Source of the DNA: an uncultured Actinomycetes bacterium
GTDB lineage: Bacteria; Actinomycetota; Acidimicrobiia; IMCC26256; DASPTH01
NCBI GenBank assembly: GCA_963756895.1
Contig: CAVWPI010000007.1
Coordinates: 281,230-345,229, forward strand
Length of the DNA: 64,000 bases
Direction: 5' to 3'
The first letter of the stretch is position 1. Each line of letters opens with the position of its first letter. Below are positions 11,599 to 22,958 of this stretch, piece after piece. The notes beneath the pieces were generated by a model. That model worked only from the letters and a program-made list of their open reading frames with translations, did not search any database and was not told the DNA's origin. Made by a program: the position numbers and the translations under genes.

Positions 11599-12408
11599 TC
11601 AGGACTGGCCGGACATGGCCGCGAAGACGGCTTCGTCCGACGAGTTGCGCCAGAGCTCGAGCATGCCGAACGACATCGGTTCACAGCCGTGCCGCATCGG
11701 GCCGTCGTCGTCGAGGATCGCGGCGCGGATCGCGGCGGCCGCCTCGAGCGCCGGCGTGTACTGGTCGCGGATGGCCTTGCGCCCCTCGTAGACCGCCTCC
11801 GCCATCGCGCGGTACTCCTCGTGCTCCGCCGCTTCGGACATGCGGTCGGAGTCGTAGAGCATGTCGCTCTCGACCGGTCCCGGCATGATCTCGACCACCC
11901 GGATGCCGAACGGTGCGAGCTCCACCCGCAGCGTGTCGTCGAGCGCGCTCACCGCCGCCTTCGACGCCCGGTACACCGCGTAGAACGGTACCGGTACGAG
12001 GATCGACGAGGAGGTGACGTTGCAGATCACGCCGCCACCGTTCGCCCGCAGGACCGGGATGGCGCGCCGAGTGACCTCGACCAGCCCGAACACGTTGGTC
12101 TCGAACACGTCGCGCCACTGGTCCATCGGGACGTGCTCGACGGGCAGGTAGTCGCGCTCGATGCCCGCGTTGTTCACCAGGACGCGGAGGTCGGACGGGA
12201 GCTCGATCGACGACGGGTCGTCGACGTCGAGGCGCTGCACCGTGATCGAACCGGACGCCGCGCCGACCTCGTCGACGAGGTCCTCGCCGGCCTTCGGATC
12301 ACGCATCGTCGCGACGACGTCGAAGCCGGCACGAGCGAGGTCCACGGCGATGCCGCGCCCGATGCCGCGACTGGCGCCGGTGACGACGGCGACACCTGCG
12401 GGTTCCAT
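11599..12408 (-). CDS. SDR oxidoreductase
   Basis: TGASRGIG, VNNAG, YRASK. Confidence 0.9.
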   Translation of the reverse strand: MEPAGVAVVTGASRGIGRGIAVDLARAGFDVVATMRDPKAGEDLVDEVGAASGSITVQRLDVDDPSSIELPSDLRVLVNNAGIERDYLPVEHVPMDQWRDVFETNVFGLVEVTRRAIPVLRANGGGVICNVTSSSILVPVPFYAVYRASKAAVSALDDTLRVELAPFGIRVVEIMPGPVESDMLYDSDRMSEAAEHEEYRAMAEAVYEGRKAIRDQYTPALEAAAAIRAAILDDDGPMRHGCEPMSFGMLELWRNSSDEAVFAAMSGQS

Positions 12409-12467
12409 GGCCGGAGCTTGGAAGCTGCTCCGCGGAAGCGCAAGTCCGTCGTTCAGTGCAGACCGAC

Positions 12468-14853
12468 TCAGTGCAGGACTCCCCCGACGACGACGTCGCC
12501 GATCACGCCCTCCGCCTCCAGGCCGTCGACGTCGGCGTCGGTGAGCCCGAGGATGCGGGTCAGGACGTCGCGATTGTGCTCGCCGAGCAGGGGCGAGCGC
12601 ACGCGGTGGTGCGCACCAGGTCCATTGGCGAGTCGGAAGGGGGCCCCGATGAAGTCGGCCGCGCCGGTCACCGGATGGTCGATCCGCTCGAACAACCCGC
12701 GGACCACCACCGGAGGGAGGCGGTCGTGCTCGTGGGCGCGCACGACCGCCTCGCACGGGATGCCGGCGCCCGAGACGGTGCGCACGATGTCGTCGGTCGC
12801 GCGCGTCGCGCACCACCCGGCGATCAGTGCGTCGAGCGCATCCTGGTCTCCCCGACGCGCGACCTCGACGCCGAGCAGCGCCGCGAACGCGCGCCACTGC
12901 TCGTCGTCGGCGACTGCGACGGCCACCCACCGGTCCTGGGTGCCGTCGGCGTCGACGTCGGCGGTGCGGTACACGCCCTGCGGCACGCAAGCCGACGATC
13001 GATTGCCGAGCCGTTCGAGCAGGCGACCGTAGGCCGAGAACTCGATCACCTGCTGCGCCGCGACGTTGAGCGACGCGCCGACCATCGGGCACTCGAGGAA
13101 CATGCCGCGTCCCGTGCGGCGTCGGTGCTCGAGGGCGAGGAGCAGCGCGAACGTCGCGTGCGCGCCGCCGAACGCGTCGGCGATGCCGGACGGCGGCTCG
13201 GGGCCACGATCGCGGAATCCGGTGGTCCACGCGATTCCCGCCTGCGCCTCGATCGTGGGGGCGTAGGCGAGACGCTCGCGCCACGCGCCGTCGACGCCGT
13301 ACCCCGGCGCCCGCAGGACGATCACGCTCGGGTTGCGCGCCAGGAGCACGTCCTGATCCAGCCCGAGCTGATCGAGCACCCGCGGGCTGAAGTTGTCGAT
13401 CACCACGTCGCTGACCGCGACGAGGTCGAGGAAGAGCTCGCGGCCGCGCTCGGTGTCGAGCTCGACTGCGAGGTCGAGCTTGTTGGTGTTCGAGCCCTGG
13501 AACATGGGGCACCACTCCCACCACCGCGGCTCGTCCATCGTCCGTGTGGTGTTGCAACGGATGCCATCGGGTTGCTTGGTGGACTCGACGTGGATCACCT
13601 CGGCGCCGAGGATGGCGCACGCGTGGCCGATGAGCGGTCCCGCCCAGAACGCGGTGAGGTCGAGCACCCGGATCCCTTCGAGCGGGAGCGGTGGTGCAGT
13701 GGCGACCGCACTCGTCGCTCGCGGTCGCGTCGCGTCGACCCGGGCGCGGAGCCGTTCGGTGTCGCGCCCGATCGCCGGCGCCACGCCGAACGGACGGGGC
13801 GTCGCTCCGCCGCCGAGCCGGTACGGCACCGACGGCTGCGTGAACCCGTGCGCATTCGTGGTGAACCAGCCGCCGTCGACGAGATGGTCGAAATGAGGGA
13901 GGTTGGCGCCGTTGCCGACCTCCGCCACCGGGACGCGCAACGCGGTCGCCAGCTCGACGACGCCGGCGGTGCCACGCGTCGACGTCCACGCGTCGATCAC
14001 CGGCTCGATCTCGCCGCGGTGCAACGTGCGGTACGTCCCCCGCGCCATGCGTTCGTCTGCGAGCCAGTCGTCTCGCCCGAGCATCACGCAGAAGTCGAGC
14101 CACTGCTGTCCGGTGGTGGTCTGCAACGAGACCCAGCCGTCGGCGGTCGGATGCACACTCGGCAACTGCGACGAGCGCAGTGGCCGGAACGGCTCGCCCG
14201 CGACCTGGAACCACGTGACCGGGTACAGCGGCTGGCTGTACATCGAGCGCGTCGAGCGCGGCGACGTCGACCAGATCGCCGATCCCATGCTGGGTGGCGC
14301 GGCGCAGTGCTGCGACTGCACCGATGGCGCCGTAGGTGCCGGCGGCCCACTCCCCCGGTGCGCCGCCGCACATCAGGGGCGGGAGTGCAGGGGTGCCGCG
14401 TTGCACGTGGCCGCCACACAGCGCCTGGCGCGTGAAGTCGGTCGACGGACGCCCCTCCCAGGGACTGTCCAGCCCGAATGGCGACAGGGCCACGACGACG
14501 AGGCCGGGGTGGGTGTCGTGGAGCGCACGCGGCGCGCACCTCGCGTCGTCGGCGAGAGAGGTCCCGGTCGACCACACCACGACGTCGGCACGGGCAATCA
14601 GCTCGCGTGCGAACGCGACGTCGCCCACCACGCTGTCGCTCGACGCGCACAGGAACTGGAACAGCGCGCCGTCGTCACCCGCCGCCAGGGGCGCACCGCA
14701 CTCGACGACCCGACGCAGTGGATCGCCGTCGCCGCCCTCGACCTTCACCACGTCGGCGCCGCCGTCGGCCAGCAACTTGGCGCAGTACGCGCCCGCCAGC
14801 CCGCTCGACAGGTCGACGACCTGCACACCGTCGAGGGGCCACGCACCGGTCAT
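12468..14853 (-). CDS. Double-domain CoA-transferase III; frameshift near 14250
   Basis: LDGVQVVDLS...DGGADVVKVE and a second domain LEGIRVLDLTAFWAGP...DNFSPRV. Confidence 0.88.
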
Positions 14854-14957
14854 GCCGGCGACGGTAGGTCAGACACACCCGCGCCCGGTGGTGCCTCCCC
14901 CCTTTCCGGACCGGGGGATCGGTGATTGGCTCGGGGCGTGCAGGACAGCGGGCGCCG

Positions 14958-17321
14958 ATGACCGCGGCGTGGATGTGGGCCCGGGCCGAGCTCCGGGCGC
15001 GCTGGAAGGCGTGGCTCCTCCTCGGCATCCTCGCCGGCGTGACCGTCGGGGTGGCCGCGGCCGGCTGGGCCGGCGCCCGCCGCACCGAACGGGCGGTGCC
15101 GGACGCGGTCGTCGCGGCCCGGGTCCCGACCGCGGCGCTCCTGGCGAACGACCCCGAGTTCGGTCCCGACCAACGGGCCGAGGTCGCGAAGCTGCCGAGC
15201 GTCACCGCGGCCTACCCGTTCCTGGTGGGGTTCTCGACCCAGGTGTTCAGCCCGCCGCGACTCGGGAACGAGAGCGCGTCGCTCTTCCCCGTCGAACCGG
15301 CCTCGATCCCCATCCTCGCCGGCCCGCTGGTCGCGGGTCGGCTGCCGGATCCCGACCGGGCCGACGAGATCGTGGTCGACGAGAACACCCGCGATCGGTT
15401 CGACCTCGACATCGGTTCGACGATGGTGCTCGGTCAAGAGGTGCAACCGGGCGAGGAGATCCCGCCGCAGTTCGAACCGGTCGACGGCGCGACGAGCTTC
15501 CGCGAGCAGATGAAGGTCGTGGGCATCGCCAAGTCGACGTCGAGCGAATTGGCGTGGACACCGTCGAGCGGCTTCTACGCGAAGTACGGATCGCACATGC
15601 CGTCGCTGGTCAACGAGTTCGTCGACCTGCGCGACGGTCGCGCCGGCATCCCTGCGTTCAACCAGCAGGTCAACCGGATCCTCGGTCACCCGGTGAACGT
15701 CGAGGACACGTACGAGCTGTACGGCATCCGCAAGGCACTCAACGTCACCGACCTCGAGCGCGACGGCCTGCTGCTCTTCGCGCTCGCCGCGCTGATCGGT
15801 GGTGGCGTACTCGTGGGTCAGGCCCTCGTGCGGGCGGTGTCGGCCAGCGCGGCCGACCTGCCGACGTGGCGGGCGATGGGCGCGGATCGACCGCTCGCCC
15901 TCCGCGCGCTCGTCGTTCCCGCGGTCCTCAGCGCGGTCGTCGGCGCGGTCACCGCGATCGTCCTCGCCGTCGCGCTCTCGTCGCGCTTCCCCCTCGGCAC
16001 CGCACGCGACTACGACCTCGACCTCGGGACCCACGCCGACTGGCTGGTCCTCGGCGTCGCCGCGGCAACGGTGCTCGCGGCGGTGCTGGCCGTCGCCGCG
16101 ATCGCGGCGTGGTGGCGGGTGACGCGCGCCGCCCCCGAGACCACCCGACCGTCGTACGTCGACCGCATCGTCGCGCCGATGAGCCGTGCTCCCGCTCTCA
16201 TGATCGGCGCCCGGCTGGCCGGAGAGCCCGGCCGCGGTCGCCGCGCGGTACCGGTGCGTTCGGCGCTCGTCGGCGCGATCGCGGGGATGATCGGCGTGGT
16301 CGGTTGTCTCACGTTCCGCGCCGGCATCCAGGACGCGGTCGCGGAGCCGACCCGTTCGGGCGTCGTCTGGAACTACGTGCTCGCAGCCGGCGAAGCGGTG
16401 GTCCCGCGGGCGGCGCAGCAGGCCGTCACGAACCACAAGGACGTCGTCGCTGCCCTCGACGCGCGCTGGGAGCGCGCGGTGCCGGTCGACGGACGCCCGA
16501 CACCGATGTTCGGCATCCGCACGGTCAAGGGATCGCTCCCGCTCGTCATGCTGCGCGGGCGCGCACCCGACGGTCCGGACGAGGTCGCGTTCGCACCGAC
16601 CACGATGCGGTCGCTCCGCCTGGCGATCGGCGACCACGTACGCGTCGGTGACGACGGCGCGCGGTCGGTCACGGTGGTGGGAGAGGCGCTCCTCCCTGCC
16701 ACCTCGCACACCGACTACGACCAGAGCGGTTGGATGACCGCCGCCGGATTGACGCGTGCGGTCGGACCCCCGAGCAACAACGGCGAGGACTACCTCCTAC
16801 TGAAGTGGGCGCCCGGTACCGACGTCGCGGCGGCCGAGCGGCGGGTGGCCAGGATCGGCGGCGACGAGCTGTTCGCGCAGGCCGCCGTCCTGCCGGTCGC
16901 AGTCGCCGACCTCGCCCGCATCGAGGGCCTCCCGCTCGCGCTCGGCGCGTTCTTCGCCCTCCTGGCGTGCGCCACGGTCGCGCACGCGCTGGTCACGACG
17001 GTGCGGCGCCGGCGTCAGGACCTCGCGGTGCTGCGCGCGATCGGATTCACCCGCCGCCAGACCCGCGGCGCGATCGCGTGGCAGGCGACGCTGCTCGCGG
17101 TCGGCGGGCTCGTCATCGGGGTGCCGGTCGGGATCGCGGTCGGACGCATCGCGTGGCGGTGGCTGGCCGACGACTTCCCGATCGTCTACGTGCCGCCCGC
17201 CGCCGTGCTGGCCGTGCTCGCAGTGGCCGGGATCGCGATCGCGCTGGCCAACCTTTTGGCCGCGGGCCCTGCGCACGCGGCGACCCGCATCCATCCCGCG
17301 GAGGCACTCCGGGTCGAGTGA
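14958..17321 (+). CDS. FtsX/MacB-like ABC permease (duplicated architecture)
   Basis: Two periplasmic+TM halves; RRQDLAVLRAIGFT; C-terminal PAEALRVE. Confidence 0.88.
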   Translation: MTAAWMWARAELRARWKAWLLLGILAGVTVGVAAAGWAGARRTERAVPDAVVAARVPTAALLANDPEFGPDQRAEVAKLPSVTAAYPFLVGFSTQVFSPPRLGNESASLFPVEPASIPILAGPLVAGRLPDPDRADEIVVDENTRDRFDLDIGSTMVLGQEVQPGEEIPPQFEPVDGATSFREQMKVVGIAKSTSSELAWTPSSGFYAKYGSHMPSLVNEFVDLRDGRAGIPAFNQQVNRILGHPVNVEDTYELYGIRKALNVTDLERDGLLLFALAALIGGGVLVGQALVRAVSASAADLPTWRAMGADRPLALRALVVPAVLSAVVGAVTAIVLAVALSSRFPLGTARDYDLDLGTHADWLVLGVAAATVLAAVLAVAAIAAWWRVTRAAPETTRPSYVDRIVAPMSRAPALMIGARLAGEPGRGRRAVPVRSALVGAIAGMIGVVGCLTFRAGIQDAVAEPTRSGVVWNYVLAAGEAVVPRAAQQAVTNHKDVVAALDARWERAVPVDGRPTPMFGIRTVKGSLPLVMLRGRAPDGPDEVAFAPTTMRSLRLAIGDHVRVGDDGARSVTVVGEALLPATSHTDYDQSGWMTAAGLTRAVGPPSNNGEDYLLLKWAPGTDVAAAERRVARIGGDELFAQAAVLPVAVADLARIEGLPLALGAFFALLACATVAHALVTTVRRRRQDLAVLRAIGFTRRQTRGAIAWQATLLAVGGLVIGVPVGIAVGRIAWRWLADDFPIVYVPPAAVLAVLAVAGIAIALANLLAAGPAHAATRIHPAEALRVE

Positions 17322-17349
17322 CGCACCGACGCCTCACGGTGTGGACGGC

Positions 17350-17730
17350 TCAGGAGGTGGACGTCTCACTCACGTAGAAGCGGTTGCCGTCGAGGTCGAC
17401 GAAGGAGAACATCAGCGGCACGTCGGGCCAGTCGAGCAGATCGCCCGCGTCGAGGCCGGCCTCGGCGACGGCGGTGCGTGCCGCACGGGCGTCGTCGGTC
17501 GCCAGGCGGATGCCGGTGTCGATCCCGACGGGGAGGTCGGGTCCGGTGCGCACCAGTGCGAGCGAGGCCTGCCCACCCGGCAGGTCCATCTCGATCCAGC
17601 GGAACCCGGGCTGCAGTTCGGCGTCCATCGACACCGTGAAGCCCAGCTGCTCGAGCACGGCCTTCGTGCGGTCCTGGTCGGCGACGGGCACGGCCACGGT
17701 CCTGATGGTGTTGAACAGGTTCGTCGTCAT
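17350..17730 (-). CDS. VOC/glyoxalase-family protein
   Basis: VPVADQDRTK...LGF...FVDLDGNRF. Confidence 0.85.
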   Translation of the reverse strand: MTTNLFNTIRTVAVPVADQDRTKAVLEQLGFTVSMDAELQPGFRWIEMDLPGGQASLALVRTGPDLPVGIDTGIRLATDDARAARTAVAEAGLDAGDLLDWPDVPLMFSFVDLDGNRFYVSETSTS

Positions 17731-17759
17731 GCAGATACGACCGACGAGCGACCGCGGAC

Positions 17760-18344
17760 TCATCGGTGCCAGCGGCGCGTGGCCGCCGTTCCCTCAGGCA
17801 GACCCGCCCCGCGATATGTGAGCACGACGATGCCGGAGGCGAACGTCCGGACGTCCTTGACGTCGAGGCGCGCATGCATGTCCTGGCCCCAGATCATGTC
17901 GTCGATCGTGCCGGCACCGGCGAGGACCGGGTGGACCCACAGGCAGAGCTCGTCGAGCAGACGGTTGCGCATCAACGTCTTCGCCACGGGCCCGTACCCG
18001 TGCATCAGGATGTTCTTCCCGTCCTGTTGCTTGAGCTGGGTGACCGCTTCGACGAGGTCGCCTTCGATCACGGTGGTGTTCGACCAGCTCGGCGTGTCCA
18101 GCGTCGTGGACGCCAGGTACTTCGGCATGGAGTTCAGACGTTCGGCGAGCTCGCCGTCGCGTCCGGGCCAGGCGGTGGCGTAGACCTCGTACGTGTGGCG
18201 TCCGAGCAGCAGTCCGTCGCTCCCGCGGACCTGTTCGAGTGCAAGCGCTTCGAGCTCCTCGTCGATGAAGTCGAAGTGCCACCGATCCATGTGGTTGATC
18301 ACGCCGTCGAGGCTCATGAAGGTCGAGTTCAGGATCTTGCGCAT
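17760..18344 (-). CDS. Dihydrofolate reductase-like (RibD_C) protein
   Basis: FMSLDGV, LLGRHTY, PKYLAS, DELCLWVHPVLAG. Confidence 0.88.
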   Translation of the reverse strand: MRKILNSTFMSLDGVINHMDRWHFDFIDEELEALALEQVRGSDGLLLGRHTYEVYATAWPGRDGELAERLNSMPKYLASTTLDTPSWSNTTVIEGDLVEAVTQLKQQDGKNILMHGYGPVAKTLMRNRLLDELCLWVHPVLAGAGTIDDMIWGQDMHARLDVKDVRTFASGIVVLTYRGAGLPEGTAATRRWHR

Positions 18345-18400
18345 GGCGGCAGGATACGGATCGACCGGATCGGTGTCTTGAACGATTGCGACACCCTCCG

Positions 18401-19117
18401 TCACCGTGCGCGGCATAGTGCGACGCGAGCCGGTGTCTGACCGACGAACCGTTGCAGCGACCGCGTCAGGTGGGCCTGGTCGGCGAAGCCGAGCCGCGTG
18501 GCCACGTCGGGCGGCGACAGGCCTCGCTCGAGTGCGTCGACGGCACCTTCGGCGCGGCCGATCTGTCTGATCGTGCGTCGCGTGAGCCCGGTCGCCCGAG
18601 CGACGCGGCGTTGCAGGGTCCGGGTCGGCAACGCGCCGGCGTCGCCCGGCAACCAGTGGGTGACGACGGGATCGCGAACGATCACGTCGGATTCGACCAG
18701 ACGATCGACGAACACGTCGGCGTTCGCGGGCGTCGGGATCTCCCACCGCGAGCCGTCGATCCAGACCGAGCGCGAGGTGGCGGCGGGGAGCGTCAGCGTC
18801 CGATCGACCAGGCGGTCCAGCGGGAGTGCCGGCGCGAACGCCCCGAGGCTGAACGCGATGCCGAAGAACTCGGCGTCATCGGGGATCGCCGTGATCGTCG
18901 CTCTGGTCTCGGGACCACGGATGGTGACCTGGGCGCGATCGTGTCGCGTCGTGACCACGAGTCGCCACTGACTCGCCGCGACCGAGATGAAGAACGGCTC
19001 GGGCTCGCTCCGAGCGCTCCAGGCGCGATCCACGAACTCGGAATCCGATCCCCAGTCGGCGAGGGTGAACAGCTGCGCGGCCCGCTGCAGATGACCGGGT
19101 TCCTTGCGTCGCATCAC
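18401..19117 (-). CDS. AraC-family regulator
   Basis: RTLQRR...ATGL and GFADQAHLTRSLQRFVGQTP. Confidence 0.85.
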   Translation of the reverse strand: MMRRKEPGHLQRAAQLFTLADWGSDSEFVDRAWSARSEPEPFFISVAASQWRLVVTTRHDRAQVTIRGPETRATITAIPDDAEFFGIAFSLGAFAPALPLDRLVDRTLTLPAATSRSVWIDGSRWEIPTPANADVFVDRLVESDVIVRDPVVTHWLPGDAGALPTRTLQRRVARATGLTRRTIRQIGRAEGAVDALERGLSPPDVATRLGFADQAHLTRSLQRFVGQTPARVALCRAR

Positions 19118-19248
19118 ACCTCCGCCCGCTGATTCATCCCGTCCGACGATGCAGACCGCGGCTCGACGTCGAATTCATCGCGGGCGTGCGTCGGGACCGA
19201 GCAGCCGGTCCAGGGACTCGGTGGTGGTGCGGAACGTACGATCTCTCG

Positions 19249-20430
19249 GTGCCCTCGGCTCCGCCGCGCATCGATCTGCTCGAACCCGACTTCTACGTCG
19301 ACGGCGCCCGCGCGGCATACCGGTGGATGCGACAGCACTCACCGGTGCACTTCGACGAGAAGAACGGATGCTGGGGCATCGCCACCTACGACGGGGTCCG
19401 CCAGGCCGAGGGAAACGCCGCGGTGTTCTCGAGCGCCGGCGGGAGCCGTCCGGAATCCGGGCCGCTCCCCTGGATGATCGACATGGACTCGCCCGAGCAC
19501 CGGAACCGGCGGCGGCTCGTCAGCGGCGCGTTCACCCCGGTGCGTGTACGCGCGAGCGCGCCGGGCATTCGAATCACGTGCGACGAGCTGATCGACGCCT
19601 TCGCGGACCGTGGTGAGTGCGATCTTCGCCGCGACCTGGCGGCCCCGCTGCCGCTGATCGTCATCTGCGACATGTTGGGGGTCCCCGCTGAGGACCGCGA
19701 CGCGATGTTGCGCTGGTCGGACGCGCTGCTCGGCGCGTTGAACGGCGGCGCGGCCGAGATGGAGGCCGCGGCGGCTTCCTTCGCCGACTACGCCGAGTAT
19801 GCGCACGCGATGATCGCCGATCGACGCGCGCACCCGGGTGACGATCTCGTCAGCGTGCTCGTCCACGGTGAGGTCGACGGTGTCCGACTCCGCGACGACG
19901 AGATCATGTTCGAAGCCCTGCTCCTCCTCCTCGGAGGCGACGAGACCACGCGGAACGTGACGTGCGGCGGCGTCGAGGCATTGCTGGCACACCCCGATCA
20001 GCGACAACGGTTGGCGGACGACCCCCGGTTGCTGGGAGGTGCCGTCGAGGAGGCGCTGCGGTGGGTGTCGCCGATCAAGAACATGAAGCGCACCGTCACC
20101 CGCGACGTCGAATTCGGCGGACAACGACTCCGCGAGGGGGACTCGACGCTCCTGCTGTACGAATCGGCGAACTTCGACGAGGCACAGTTCGACGAGCCTG
20201 ACCGCTTCGACGTGGAGCGGTCACCCAACGAGCACGTCGCGTTCGGCTTCGGCTCGCACTTCTGCCTCGGTGCGCACCTCGCCCGGCTCGAGCTGCACAC
20301 CGTCTTCGAACGAGTGTTGACCCGCCTCCCCGGCCTGGAGCTCGCCACCGCCGGGCCGCCGCCACGCTCCCTCACCGGCATCTCGGAGATGCCGGTGCGT
20401 TTCACCCCCACGCCCCGACTGACGGTCTGA
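19249..20430 (+). CDS. Cytochrome P450 (Cyp142-like)
   Basis: GGDETTR, EEALRW, FGFGSHFCLG. Confidence 0.92.
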   Translation: MPSAPPRIDLLEPDFYVDGARAAYRWMRQHSPVHFDEKNGCWGIATYDGVRQAEGNAAVFSSAGGSRPESGPLPWMIDMDSPEHRNRRRLVSGAFTPVRVRASAPGIRITCDELIDAFADRGECDLRRDLAAPLPLIVICDMLGVPAEDRDAMLRWSDALLGALNGGAAEMEAAAASFADYAEYAHAMIADRRAHPGDDLVSVLVHGEVDGVRLRDDEIMFEALLLLLGGDETTRNVTCGGVEALLAHPDQRQRLADDPRLLGGAVEEALRWVSPIKNMKRTVTRDVEFGGQRLREGDSTLLLYESANFDEAQFDEPDRFDVERSPNEHVAFGFGSHFCLGAHLARLELHTVFERVLTRLPGLELATAGPPPRSLTGISEMPVRFTPTPRLTV

Positions 20431-20455
20431 ACCATCCAGGCCAGGAGGAAGCCAC

Positions 20456-21385
20456 ATGGTTGAGGAGCTCCGCTTCGACGGCGAGGTGGCGATCGTCACG
20501 GGCGCGGGCAACGGACTCGGTCGCGGCTATTCGGTGGAGCTGGCGGCGCGCGGTGCCGCAGTCGTGTGCAACGACCTGGACGCGACCGCAGCCAACCGGA
20601 CGGTCGACGAGATCGTGGCCAGCGGCGGTCGCGCGGTCGCGGAGACGAGCTCGGTCGCGAGCGCGGGAGGTGGCGCCGCGATCATCCAGGCCGCGATCGA
20701 CTCCTTCGGCTCGGTCGAGGTCGTCGTCAACAACGCCGGTCAGCTGCGAGCGGCACCCTTCGAGGACATGACCGTCGCCAACTTCGAGGACGTCATCGGG
20801 ACGCACCTGTTGGGCGCGTTCTACGTCACGCAACCCGCATTTCGACACATGAAGGCAGCCGGGTACGGGCGTGTGATCTTCACGTCGTCGAGCAGCGGGG
20901 TCTACGGGTCGCCGTGGGCGGCGAACTACGCGGCGGCGAAGACCGGCGTGCTCGGGTTGGCCAACGTGGTGTCGCTCGAAGGAGCCGCACACGGCATCAA
21001 GGCGAACGTGATCATGCCGCAGGCGCTGGACACCGCGATGGGCTCCGAACGCGGTGAGCCCTACCCGCCCGAGTACCTCCAGGAGATGTTGCGGGCGTTC
21101 AAGCCGTTCTTCAAGGCGACGACCGTCGACAACGTGACGCCGCTCGTGGTCTACCTCGCCCACCGATCCTGTGACCTGACCCAGCGGATCTTCTCGGTGG
21201 GCTGCGGCCACGTGAGCCGCGTCTTCGTGGGAGTCGCGCCCGGATGGTTCGCACCCGACCTCACCCTGCCCAGGACGGAGGAGGTCGTCACTCATCTCGA
21301 CGAGGCGTCCGACCTCGACGACTACGAGATCATCGAGTCGGCAACCGAAGAGCTGCGGTTCATGGCCGAGCAGATCGCTCGGTAA
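20456..21385 (+). CDS. SDR, MFE-2/3-hydroxyacyl-CoA dehydrogenase-like
   Basis: TGAGNGLG, VNNAG, NYAAAK; RBS AGGAGG. Confidence 0.9.
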   Translation: MVEELRFDGEVAIVTGAGNGLGRGYSVELAARGAAVVCNDLDATAANRTVDEIVASGGRAVAETSSVASAGGGAAIIQAAIDSFGSVEVVVNNAGQLRAAPFEDMTVANFEDVIGTHLLGAFYVTQPAFRHMKAAGYGRVIFTSSSSGVYGSPWAANYAAAKTGVLGLANVVSLEGAAHGIKANVIMPQALDTAMGSERGEPYPPEYLQEMLRAFKPFFKATTVDNVTPLVVYLAHRSCDLTQRIFSVGCGHVSRVFVGVAPGWFAPDLTLPRTEEVVTHLDEASDLDDYEIIESATEELRFMAEQIAR

Positions 21386-21400
21386 CCGTCGCGAGCGGCC

Positions 21401-21715
21401 TCAGTGCGACGCCGGCGTCGACCGGTTGACGAGGTCCCGGATCCTGACCTCGGACCAGATCCAGAGCGGGAGCACGACGAGCGGCACGACGACGAGGAAG
21501 ATGCCGACGACCCCACCCGCGGTGCTCGGGTAGTCCGTCGCGATGTCGGTCCCGGGATACGCGCACACCTCACCCGGCGGGAACCACTGCCATGACGACT
21601 TGCCGTACGTCGAGTCCGACGCGCCCGGCACCGGACAGTTGAGATCACCCTGGAAGGAATAGCGGAACCAGATCCAGAGCGCGAACCCCGCCGCCGCGAC
21701 GATCCAGAACCCCAT
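21401..21715 (-). CDS. Small two-TM hypothetical protein with a Cys-pair loop
   Basis: Two hydrophobic helices flanking C...WQWFPPGEVC. Confidence 0.55.
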   Translation of the reverse strand: MGFWIVAAAGFALWIWFRYSFQGDLNCPVPGASDSTYGKSSWQWFPPGEVCAYPGTDIATDYPSTAGGVVGIFLVVVPLVVLPLWIWSEVRIRDLVNRSTPASH

Positions 21716-21834
21716 GATGCATCCGACGATGCTGCGATTCTCGCTCGCCCGTGCTCGCAACTCGCCGGGCGTGGGCCTCTCGTCGGTTCGCCGCCACCAC
21801 GCCTGCACGGACGTATCTTGCCCGCTCGGCGCGC

Positions 21835-22074
21835 GCGGCGGATCTGAAGCAGCAACCCGACGCGAACCTCCTGAAGTTCGGCACGGGGTCGTTCTCGGTG
21901 ACGTTGATGCAGCACGGTCTCTTCGACGAGTTGCACCTGTGGCGATTCCCCGTGATCGCGGGGACCGCCGACTCCACCTTCGACGGACTCCCCCTGACCC
22001 ATCTCCAGCTGCTCGACACGACCACGTTCGGATCAGGGATCGTCGTGCAGGTACTCGGCCCGAAGTCCGCCTGA
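21835..22074 (+). pseudogene. 5'-truncated RibD_C/DHFR-like fragment
   Basis: LKQQPDANLLKFG...DELHLWRFPVIAG...TFGSGIV; N-terminal half absent. Confidence 0.7.
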
Positions 22075-22081
22075 TTCCGGC

Positions 22082-22900
22082 TTACGTGCGAGTCGCAGTC
22101 AGAAAGCCGCCCGCCGAATCGCCCAACACCCGGTTGCACGCCAGCGCGAAGGTCGTTCGACTGGTCGACACAACGTCCCATCCGTGCTGGCGGAGCCACG
22201 CGGCGGAGTCTTCACCGAGGCCGCCTTGCCACATCGACGCCACCGCTTCCGTGCCCGCCAGGTCGCGTGCGCGATCGAGGGTCGAGCCCTGGTCGGGGAG
22301 GTCGCAATCGAACGACAGTCGGCTGCCGCGGGCGGAGAAGTCACGCACGACAGTGAGCAGGCGCTCGGCTCCACCCTGGACAGGTAGCCGAGCAGTCCCT
22401 CCGCGACCCAGGTCGTCAGGCGACCGGGTTCGAAACCTGCCGCTGCGCAACGGTGTGGACCAGTCCGAACGAAGGTCAGCGGGAACGACGCGACGATCAC
22501 ACCTGGGTGACGCGTTCTGGGTTGCGAGCACGCGCTCCTTGAACGCGAACAGTTCGGGGAGGTCGAGTTCGAACAGGCGCACGTCGTCGGGCAAGTGCAG
22601 ACGGAAGGCTCTGGTGTCGAGGCCGGCGGCCAGGAGCACGACCTGGCGACATCCAGCCGCGCACGCCGCCTCGACGTGCTCGTCGAAGAACCGCGTACGG
22701 ATCGCGACGCCGCTGATCCCCGCTTCGACGAGCGCGGCGAGATCGTCGTGATCGGAGAGCGAGGGGACATCCGGAAAGAGCGGTGGTGCGACCGCGACGA
22801 ACGCCGCGGCGTACGGATCGTCGAGGAGCCGGTCGACCCGCTCGCTCTCCGCCGCGCGCATCTCAGCCGCGCCGAGCGCGGTCTCGCTGACGCCATCCAG
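22082..22900 (-). CDS. SAM-dependent methyltransferase (LCM family); frameshifts near 22435 and 22380
   Basis: TALGAAEMRAAE, RTRFFD, QVVLLAAGLDTRAFR, WVAEGLL in a shifted frame. Confidence 0.85.
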   Translation of the reverse strand: MDGVSETALGAAEMRAAESERVDRLLDDPYAAAFVAVAPPLFPDVPSLSDHDDLAALVEAGISGVAIRTRFFDEHVEAACAAGCRQVVLLAAGLDTRAFRLHLPDDVRLFELDLPELFAFKERVLATQNASPRCDRRVVPADLRSDWSTPLRSGRFRTRSPDDLGRGGTARLPVQGGAERLLTVVRDFSARGSRLSFDCDLPDQGSTLDRARDLAGTEAVASMWQGGLGEDSAAWLRQHGWDVVSTSRTTFALACNRVLGDSAGGFLTATRT

Positions 22901-22958
22901 TGATCCCCCCGGCTCGGACTGCACCCCCGCATCTTGCCCGGTGTGGCGTCGGCAGATC

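Noticed and set aside
11599-14853. 1084-aa ORF suggesting a CoA-transferase/SDR fusion
   Set aside because: The middle is off-frame Arg-rich sequence caused by the frameshift near 14250; the CoA-transferase stops at 12468 and the SDR starts at 12408.
3158-16651. Long Arg/Pro/Gly-rich ORFs such as 3158..5533, 12456..14435 and 14336..16651
   Set aside because: Shadow frames of real genes in high-GC DNA, with no recognisable motifs.
14958-17321. Orphan FtsX-like permease without an ATPase as a novel system
   Set aside because: The ATPase could be encoded elsewhere in the genome; nothing else here supports novelty.
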